Positions 50,656 to 61,083 of a stretch of DNA of 64,000 nt are shown in pieces. Under the pieces are notes generated by a model that saw nothing but the letters and a program-made list of their open reading frames with translations, was not told the origin of the DNA and made no database searches. Source of the stretch: Octopus sinensis (Eukaryota); assembly GCF_006345805.1 (NCBI RefSeq), contig NC_043006.1, forward strand, positions 4,154,001 through 4,218,000, written 5' to 3'. Each line of letters begins with the position of its first letter. The first letter of the stretch is position 1. Position numbers and translations under genes: made by a program.

Positions 50656-51020
50656 GCTGAAGTTGTCTGTGTATGGCAGGTTTGGTAGCCTTCAACTAAC
50701 ACTACCTCCCCCGAGACCCTGCAAAATTGAGAGTATGATAGAAGGCTTGCTCTTCCCTCCGTAGATGAAAAAATTCAAATCGGACTTTGATAACACCAAA
50801 AATTATTTACATCAAAAAGGTGCTTTTTTTCTATGAAAACCCTATTTTTTACGGTTTTTTGACTGCTGTGTCGCCATTTATCGGTGTATTTCAAACAGAA
50901 AAATGTTCACTTAAAGAGAATAACAAGCTACATAATGCAAAATTTTTACTTTTCAAACATTCCAGTACTAAAGGGTCAAAACAAACCCGAGCAACGCCGG
51001 GCAATACTGCTAGACTGCTA

Positions 51021-51021
<1 letters not shown>
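50650..51021 (+). mobile_element. Probable non-autonomous Helitron-like element
   Basis: 3' hairpin CCCG-AGCAACGC-CGGG (50986-51001) followed by CTAG|T; sits between (TA)n tracts; 5' end uncertain. Confidence 0.5.
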
Positions 51022-51090
<69 letters not shown>

Positions 51091-51359
51091 TGTTAGTGTG
51101 TGTTCGTAGACTATTTTATCATGAGAGCTTACATGATAATAACCGATTGAGGCAGAGAATAAATAGGAAACACCGCTGCTAGACAGATAAATCTCAGTAT
51201 GTGGTCCTGGCTCAAGACATTAGTGACTATAATATATTGACAGATTTATAATTAAACGAACATAGAAACAATTATATACAAAATAAAAAATATACTTGTT
51301 TATCTTTCCGTTGCCACGGAATACTTACTGAGGTCGTAAAAGGGCTTTTACTTTTTCTT

Positions 51360-51600
<241 letters not shown>

Positions 51601-52290
51601 ATGTGTTCAGACGTAATGAATTATTTAAGTTTCTCTCTCTTTTCCATTATTTTCCTCACAAATTCCAGTTAAAATATTTTTCTTGCTTTATTCTTATACT
51701 TTACTCCTTAGAAATAATTCTACTGCTGTATTTCAGTGATGTTACCTTTGTTTAGTAGCAATTACATAAATTCTGTTAAGTTTCACCAGCAGAGGGGCTC
51801 CTCTTTTAGACACTCCAGTCAGTGATGTTCACAAACTTGGCTAATAGTATTATTTCAGAGCAAATGCTTCACAAGAATTCTACAACAGATTCGTAGAAAC
51901 AATGTTATACATCTGTTTTGCATAATATTTTGCTTTAGTCTTTAAAAAATGGTAAATATTCAGTATGTTTCCTTTGTTATGTCAATGTCAGCTGATGTTC
52001 TGAAACAACAGTGTAAGGTTTAGAGGCTATGTAAAAAATACAGATTCAGTTCTATTGAGATAAACTGTAGAAATCAACAGTTAACAGAATATTTTATAAA
52101 AATTTACATCACAGAATCTTGTGTGAAGCTTACGTTTCCACACATATCCATACAGCGTACACACACACACACACACAAGCATCTACATACATATGTGTAT
52201 ATGTCTATATATATATTTATACATGTTTGTGTCTGTGTGTGAATATATTTCCTGCATGCACAGATCTTGTTCTGTTTGTCTGTGTATCTA

Positions 52291-53484
52291 CAGGGGTTGG
52301 ACAAAATAATGGAAATCCCTACCATCATAATTTTGAAATATCTATAAAAACCATCAAAAGCTTGTTTATTTGTATATTTTTTTATTTAGTATTAGGGTTG
52401 CTTAACATGTTTTGCTAAAATTACTGTTTCTTTTCAGATATCATCAGGAAAGGTAATTAAAATTCATTAAAATGACAGATCTGTTGGCCTTTCAAAGAAG
52501 TCAAATTGTCGGTGTTTTTATGGCAGGCGCTAGTGTAACGAAAATAGCTGAAATTGTTGGTGTATCAAGAAGTATTGTCTCAAAAGTAATGACAGCCTTT
52601 GAGAAAGAGGGAAAAAACCTCCTCATCGAATCAAAACTTCAGATGAAAACCAAAACTTTCAGACTCTTATGTATATTGTTAGAAAGGATCACAAAAGTAC
52701 AGTTCCCAAAATTACTGCAGATCTTAATGACCACCTCGAGAACCCAATTTCCACAAAAACTATTTTCCAGGAGCTGCACAAAGCCGGATTTCATGGGAGG
52801 GATGCAATCAGAAAACCACTACTTTCACAATCAAACGTTGCAAAGTATTTAGAGTGGAGAATTGGTCCCTAAAGCAGTGGAAGAATGATATTTTCTTGGA
52901 CGAGTCATCCTTTACCTTATTTCTGACTACCAGCTGAGTATACGTGTGGAGACAGTGAAAAGAAGCATTTGACACAGACTGCCTTCTTCCAACTGTTAAG
53001 CATGGAGGGGGATCTGAGATGATCTGGGGGTAGGGGCTATATCTTGGAAATTTGCCGGCCCAATGGCTTGTCTTCATGGCAGAATTAATAGTTAAGGTTA
53101 TTTAAGCATTTTATCTGATCAAATACATCTTATGGTTGCTGAACTGTTTCCGGAGGGGAACACAATCTTTCAAAGTTGTTACTGAATGGCACAAGGACCA
53201 TTCTAGTGAAGTTGAACATCTTATTTGGCCAACACAGTTCCCAGATCTCAATAATATTGAACATTTATGGTGCACTTTAGAAAAACAAGTAAAGGGTCGA
53301 TATCCTCCACAATCATCACTGCAAGAACTGGAGACTGTTTTAGCTGAAGAAACAATTCAAATTTTGTACGAATCCATACCTCGTAGAATTTAAGCTTTAA
53401 TTACTGCCAAAGGTGGTCCTACCCCATTTTAAAATAAATTTGTTTGAAATTTTAAGGTGTTTCCATTATTTTGTCCAACCCCTG
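52291..53484 (+). mobile_element. Tc1-family DNA transposon, degenerate transposase
   Basis: Perfect 25-bp TIRs CAGGGGTTGGACAAAATAATGGAAA with TA on both sides; HTH region FQRSQIVG..AG.S, FLDES, WPTQFPDLNNIEHLW. Confidence 0.92.
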
Positions 53485-53509
53485 TACATGTGTGTATATA
53501 CATATAGGC

Positions 53510-53870
53510 ACAGTCGTGGCTGTGTGGTAAGAAGCTTACTTCCCAATCACATGATACTGGGTTCAGTACCACTGTGTGGCACTTTGGATAAGTGACTTCT
53601 ACTATAGCCTCGTGCTTTGTGAGTAGATATGGTAGACGGAAACTGAAAGAAGCCCATCATATATATACATATATATGTATGTATGCATCTGTATTTGTCC
53701 TACCACCTGTGTCGTTGTGTTTACCTCTGTGTAACTTAGCAGTTCAACAAGAGACCGATAAAATATATACTAAGCTTAAATAGCAAGTCCTGGTGTTGAT
53801 TTGTTTAACTAAAAATCCTTCAAGCGGGTGCTCCTGCATGGCCGCAGTCAAAAGAGAGTAACAAATGAAA
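53510..53870 (+). mobile_element. Family-B SINE (diverged)
   Basis: GTGGCTGTGTGGTAAGAAGCTT head, shared body. Confidence 0.75.
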
Positions 53871-53989
53871 GAATATATATAAATTTCTACATGTTAAATC
53901 TAATTGCATTTTGGATATACGCTCTTCTACTTTCTCACTGGAAATGTCATCCCTATATATTGCACAAATCTAATTCTTTTCCCCAAATA

Positions 53990-54745
53990 TATTGCACTTC
54001 ATATTCCCTGGATCCAATAAAGCTGTAGGATGTTATTCAGGCACTCAACTAGGAGTCCACTGCATCTTATAGCAGAAATGGCAGTAAGATATTGAAGTCC
54101 AAAACATATCCATCTTTTCCTTCTGTCATCCTTCTCGGATATAAATATAAATATAAAGTAATAGTTTGTTGCCAAACTTAATGTGACTGTCCCAGGAAGG
54201 GGAAGAATGCCACTGCTATTTAACCCCAGGAAACATCGTTTCCACTTGGCTACGTGACACAAGTATTCTGTGTCCTTAAGTTTTCAAATAGGGTAGACAA
54301 ACACTCCCTCCCAGCAAAGCCAGCACCCAGAGACTGGTTTCAGAATTATTGCACTTCATCAGTCTGGAGTAGCTTGGCTTTGCTAGCTGTCGATGTTTAT
54401 TTGCCTTTGAAAATTTGAAGAATTTCAAGTGAAATAAATTCACTGATCAATAAAATTAGAAATATTGCATTTCCAAATCTCTCAGAGAAACTTATACAGT
54501 AGCAGCACAATAAAGTGATGGTTTGTTGCCAACTTAATGTGGCAGTCCCAGGAAGGGGAAGAATGCTACTGCTACACAAGAAACATCGTTTCCACTTGAC
54601 TACGTGACAAAAGCGTTCTGTGTCCTCAAGTTTTCAAACAAGGGAGATAAGCACCTTCACCTAGCAAAGCCAGCACCCAGAGTTATTGCCCTTCATCAGT
54701 CTGGAGTAGCTTGGCTTGCTAGCTGTTGATGCATAATCGCCTTTG
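53990..54745. repeat. Tandem duplication, period about 356 bp
   Basis: ACTTAATGTG..GTCCCAGGAAGGGGAAGAATG at 54176 and 54532; GCAAAGCCAGCACCCAGAG at about 54315 and 54664. Confidence 0.8.
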
Positions 54746-54756
54746 AAAACTTACAG

Positions 54757-54790
<34 letters not shown>

Positions 54791-54799
<9 letters not shown>

Positions 54800-57700
54800 G
54801 AATGGAGTTGAACGACGAATTAACAAAATTCCTTTATTTTCGACATATGTTTCGAAGGCTGCATATTCCTAATTGCGAAGGAATAAGGAGTATATTATGC
54901 CACTTTCTCATCAGGAAAAGCAAGGAACTTATGTCAACATCACGATGCACAAAAAACTTAATGTGACTGTCCCAGGAAGGGAAAGAATGCCACTGCTATT
55001 TGGCCCCAATAAACATCGCTTCCACATGCTCAAGAAAGAAATACAGAAGAATTCCAGAACAACAAATAAGAATACACTCCGACAAGCCAACTTGGAAATT
55101 AAGAAGATCATGGAAAAGTATGGATTACAAACGAAAACGCAACCGCTGAACCCCAGACAACCAAGATTCATCGTCAAGGACCATAAACCAAACTTTCACA
55201 CCAACCCAGCATTAAGGCTCATATGCCCCTCTAGTTCCGACATCGGTTCCCTCAGTAAGTACATTTTAGATAAATACATACCTAGATTAATCAATAAGTT
55301 AAAACTCAATATATGGTCTAACTCCACTCAAGTCGTAGAGTGGTTTTCTTCTATTTCTAATAAAAACAGCACTAAATTCATTCAACTTGATATTTCTAGT
55401 TTCTACCCTTCGATCAACCCTAGTGTACTCAATAAGGCCCTTTGGCACGCACATAATAAGGCAGGCCTCTCAAGGGAGGAAATTAATATAATTTTAGCGG
55501 CTAGAAAATCCTTTATACAATTCGATGATAAGTTATGGGTCCGTAAGGATACTCCCAACGCGTTCGATGTGCCAATGGGAAGCTCAGATAGCGCCCAGAT
55601 AGCCGATTTGGTCGGAATTTATATTCTATATGAATTAGCCGATAATTCCCGGACATCTGCGGCGGTCTGTATCGAGATGATTGTCTTTTTTACCTACAGA
55701 ATGCTCCGAACAGTATGATACAGAAGACTAAAAACAGATTAGCTAGATTTTTTAGCAGAATGGGCATGAGCATAGTTTTCGACGACGAGCTAACTAAAGC
55801 AAACTTTTTAGATGTTACCCTAAATCTGCAAAATAATTCTTACTTCCCTTACCATAAGCCTTCTTCTAACCTTAAATATGTCAGCATTTTCAGTAACCAT
55901 GCAAAAACTATCACCGATAATCTAGTTAAAAATATATCCTTAAGACTATCAAATTTATCTGCGAATGTCGACATTTTTAAACAAAAAGCGGAATTTTATA
56001 ATACCGCCCTGTCAAAAGCCGGTTATAGGGATAAGGTATCATATATCGACCCGGCCCATTCTAAACTAATATTTGCCTCTCAGGATAAGAAAACTAATAA
56101 CAATAGAAATAATGTAATTAATGATTTCAACCCTACCAACGTTGACACTAATATAATTAACAAAAATAATGTACGGACCAGGGGAGGCAATCGAAAACCA
56201 ACACCAATTCTACAATACAGAAATACTCCCTTTAATGTAAATGTTAACACTCTGAGCTATTCTAAGTCCAAAAAAAACTATATCTGGTTTCTCATTCCTT
56301 TCGGAAAACAAATCAGGTCTAACCTCCCTTTACAATTCCGTGAAGCCGTAGCTAGGAACTCTCCCAGGAATTCTAGGTATTACTCTACTATCAATTCGCA
56401 TAAGGTGAGGATTGCATTTTCCAACACTAGAAACCTATCGCAGATAATTGCCTCCCATAATAATAAGCTGCTAAATAAGGATTCATCACCCAGGAGTAGC
56501 GACACTGCCCTTACCAATTTCAACCTAACATATAATAATAATAATAATAATAATAATATAAACAGTATTGATATTAGCAACATTTATAGCAGCACTGGCA
56601 TTAACAATAGTAATAGTGATAATAATATTAGCCGGATTATTAACAGTGGTGGTGTTAGTGGTAATAATAACAGCATTTCTAATAACAGTTGAATTATTGA
56701 TGATAACAGTCCCAGCATTCCTATAGTCAAAGAAATTGCCGACGATATTACAATTAATAGTAATGATAATAAGATGAATAGTATCGTGGCTAATGCTAGC
56801 AACAATATTTACACCTATCATAACAATAAAAACTCTGTCTTAGTATCGGATGTTAACCCCAACAGATTAAAGTTCCTATCCAAAAATTCCAAAATTAGAA
56901 ACACCATTTACCTGTGCAAAATTTCTTCGGAAACCGATGTCTTCTTCTACATTGGAGCAACTTCTTCTAAATTAGCCCAAAGGATATCCAACCATTATTC
57001 AACTTTCAGAGATAAGAGAAAACAACACAACACGGGACTAAGTAAATTATTTGGCGTCTGAAGGACAGCAATACAACTTTCAAACTGGAATGGTCCATAT
57101 TGTCGTTGTCCTTCCCGTTTGACAAGGGCAGAAAACATTGTGGCGTCTGTAATTCCGAACTTTTTCATATTTTGTTCGCCAAAGTCCCTTTAATAAATAC
57201 AATCGTCGAGAGGTCCTACAGATGCATGCACTGGCAAAAAAACACCTTTCAATCATATGAATAATGATTAATATAGATAGCCCCTTGAATTTTAATTAAT
57301 ATAACCTTTTTTATATATTTCACCCCCATAGTCAAAAAATTATTTTTATACTTTCAAAGAACTACTACCCAATCCAGTGAGGTATGTGTTACCTTTGTCC
57401 CTATACCTCACCCTCCTCTTTCTCTCTCTTTCTCTCTCTCTTTCTCTCTCTCTTTCCCTCTATCTATAGTAAGCACATTCAAACACACAGACACAAACCG
57501 TTCACCTCACCACTGTCTGTTTTCTGACACCCACCCATCCACAAACACAATCACGCACACACATACACACACACACACATTAATGCCGTTATATACAGTC
57601 ACACACACAGACACTCATTCACAAAAGAAAATTCACCATTCATTTGAACTGCACCCTTTCACCTTCCTATTCTTATGCCTCTCTTCTCCTACTTCGTTTG

Positions 57701-57995
57701 AACCCTTGAACCTTTAGAACCATCTAGAATCTTCTACATCCAACCATTTTGACGTCACTCCTTATAAAGGAATTTTTTAAAGAGACACTCATTATTACTA
57801 TGGGCTCCGTGTGAGCAGTCATCTAAAAGTTTTTTGTGCATCGTGATGTTGATATAAGTTCCTTGCTTTTCCTGATGAGAAAGCGGCATAATATACTCCT
57901 TATTCCTTCGCAATTAGGAATATGCAGCCTTCGAAACATATGTCGAAAATAAAGGAATTTTGTTAATTCGTCGTTCAACTCCATTCTTTCATATA
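54791..57995 (+). mobile_element. Penelope-like element (Naiad/Chlamys-like RT + GIY-YIG endonuclease) with 169-bp terminal inverted repeats
   Basis: KDHKPNF..P.LRLICP, LDISSFYPSI, FDVPMGSSD.AQIADLVG, frameshifted GLYRDD, FLDVTLNL, IYLC..FYIGATS..QRI.NH; IR 54791-54959 / 57827-57995 with 2 mismatches. Confidence 0.9.
57867..57949 (+). ncRNA. Hammerhead ribozyme fold in the PLE terminal repeat (mirror copy on the - strand at about 54837-54919)
   Basis: TTTTC-CUGAUGA(57872-78)-long stem II-GAAA(57933-36)-C-ATAT-GUC(57942-44)-GAAAA; stem I TTTTC/GAAAA. Confidence 0.75.
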
Positions 57996-58129
57996 TTTTT
58001 ATTTAAAAAAAAACATACAAATTTCCACACGAAAGCACGTAACTTCAAACGTGTCTTCTCTGATGTGAATTTGCTACCCAGGTATCGGTTAACCGAATTA
58101 TCCATAACAAGATAATTCATTCAACTACT

Positions 58130-58187
<58 letters not shown>

Positions 58188-59382
58188 GCACCTTTAAGTT
58201 TCCATCCAGCAGATCTTCTAAGAAAACTTTCCCCAGAAGTAGAAGTCACTAGTTCAAATCACCATGTGGTGGAGTGGAACCCAAGATCATAGATTTGGAA
58301 GGCAAACATCTTAAGCACACGGCCATCTAATCTAATTAAACAGAAATATTCTACTAATCTTTAAATTTTCAGAAATCAATTATTTAACACAAATTGAAAC
58401 ATGTTTGGATGAGTGTGTATAAATTAGAATTCATCTGGATTTACATATTATAACAACACTCTCTGTTTGTGTTTACGAATCATGGCAGGTGGAATTTCGA
58501 AAGAAAAGTCTCATACCTCAAAGCAAAGAAGAAGATATTTTTTTTATTTTTAACCATCACCATTTAATGTCCATTGTCCATGCTAGCATGAATTGAATGC
58601 AGCATGAGCTGCCACGCCGAGGAAGAGGGGAGACTCCAGTCTGATTTGGTATGGTTTCTACCGTCGGATGCCCTTCCTAATGCCAACCACTTTACAGAGT
58701 GTGCTGAATGTTCTCATGTGTCCCCACATGGGCAATTTACGTGACACCACACATATGCTTTTACATGAACCACACGAAGCACGTTTACATGTTGCTGCAC
58801 TGGTGCTATTACCTATCTCCACTCAGAGACTTCAACATGGTACCACCACGGGTACTTTACACAACCAGGTGTATTAGTTTGACGCACGGGAAGGTGATAA
58901 ATTCTTTTACATTTCGAGCCTACGCTGTTCAACAAGGAATTAAACAGAGAGAGAATTAAAAATATGCTTGTGGAATTAGCGGTCATGCTAGCAATATTGT
59001 CCGCTAACAGGGCCACGCTGCATCCCTATATACAATATATATGGTTAGCAGGGTGAGAGAAGCCCAACCATCCACTGGGGTTAAAGAAGTAGTAACATGG
59101 AACAGACATCTTCACGTGGCTAATGACTTCCCCCCTTGTCTCTATCGTTTCGACTTTGCTCTCTTCTCGAGATTTTACGACCAGCTTTCTTGCGTGTTGC
59201 AAATCAGTGACCGATAGTTACTTTGTTTACGATATATGACTAGTGGGAGCGAACCATGGCTATAGCTCTGGCGGTCAGCTACTCGCGACTGAGGATGAAT
59301 GAAGCAACTCGAAACTGAGTCAGTCTAACGATCCTGTATCTGCTAGGGGATAGTAGGGAGTCGGGATCTTTACCTTTTGACG

Positions 59383-59863
59383 GACAGATTTAAAAAATTA
59401 TTTTTTTGGCAACTAAACACTTTCAAAGTTCGTATACTTGTAGAATGTGTCACATAAAACATCTTTTACTCTTGGCGTTGTTGAGAAAAGGCTGTATTTT
59501 GGAAGTTATTTCTTGTTAAAGTTGTCGTATTTCGGTAATTTCAACCAATCAATGACGTGTATTCAGCTGAATATAATTACTGCATTTGTTTGTCAACAGT
59601 AATTATGGGCGGTGTATATTTCGTTTGTCACCGTTATATATGACATCGTTCTTTTGTACGAACTGCAGTAATTTTATTCAGCTGAATACATGTCATTGAT
59701 TGGTTGAAATTACCGAAATACCTCAAATTTAACAAGAAATAACTTGAAAAATACAGAATTTTCTTAACAACGCCAAGAGTAAAACATGATTTATGTAACA
59801 TATTCTACCAGTGTCCGAAGTTTGAAATTGTTTAGTTACAAAAAATTATTTTTTAAATCTGTC
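59383..59863. repeat. 480-bp palindromic (foldback/MITE) element
   Basis: About 200-bp inverted arms GACAGATTTAAAAAATTA... / ...TTATTTTTTAAATCTGTC around a 70-bp core. Confidence 0.85.
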
Positions 59864-61083
59864 GATCCAAATTTAAAGATTCGGGTTCGCCCCCTCTGAT
59901 AGCAATATACGTTGTATATAGAGGGGGCATCTCCTCACCGATAAGCAGCTGGTAGACTATCTGCCTGTGGTTAAACTAGTAGTAACACGGAACAGCCACT
60001 TTCTCTCTTTCCCTACCCTGTCTCTCCCCGTTCCACCTCATTATATCTTACTCTATCACTCTGCTTCTATTACTATTTCTAAGAGAAGCTTTCCTCTTAT
60101 AGATACTTTCAGATTTCTCTTAACAATTTTCTCTCTGTGTTCACTTGGATGTATTTAATTATTTAACTAACGATTAATCACATAATTACTTTCTAAATCT
60201 ATAATCTAAATAATTAAATTGTGTGTTATTGAAACACAGTTTAATAAACATTTAGAAGAAAAACTGTCCTACATGTGGTCTCACAATATGCAGGAAATAA
60301 CAGCCAGTTGACCTTAAATTTGCATTGTTTTTTATTAGATAATTAAAACAACACTTTAAGAAGCTTCTAAGGACTTTTCTCATATGCGATCATTCTTCAT
60401 GCTAGAAATAGAAAGTAAGGGATTTAAAATTTACTTTGTCTTTCATATAAAATTTGAAGGACATTTAAGAAGCATTTTAACAAGAAATTCAACTCTATAT
60501 TGTTTCACTTCATGCTGGAACCTTCTAGAAACAATTTTGTCTTGTCAGTTGCCCCATATTATTTCTAGAAATAACAGCCAAATACACTGAAATTTGCATT
60601 GGTTTTACAGAAAAGTGAAATACATTTGAAAACGAATCTTAAAGAATATCCTCCTAAACTTGGCCTTGCATCATGCTAGAAATAACAGCCAGGTACCTCA
60701 TATCGACATTGTTTTTGCTTTTCCTTTTATTGTCTTTTTATTCCCATCCTGAATGCAGATGGTGAAGTCCGTGGCGACTCGTTCCTTCTCTGTCCATAGA
60801 TGCGACCATCTTTGAGCTAGAAACAACAGGCAAAGTACCCTCAGCCATATCTTATCAACTTTAGAACACGTCCTGGCCTACCACCCGATGTACGTCCAAA
60901 GATAAGATCCGTGGCTTCCCTAAATCGCAACTCTGTGCCACGGGAGAGTTTTAGCCTCCGCGATGATGGGCAGATCTGGAAATTCGTCAAGTCTGGTGAG
61001 TCGTGGATAAGGGATGCCAGTTGGACTGAGCAGACTACACCCACAACAACAACTGGCAATGCAAAAATCTTGGGAAACTAACC

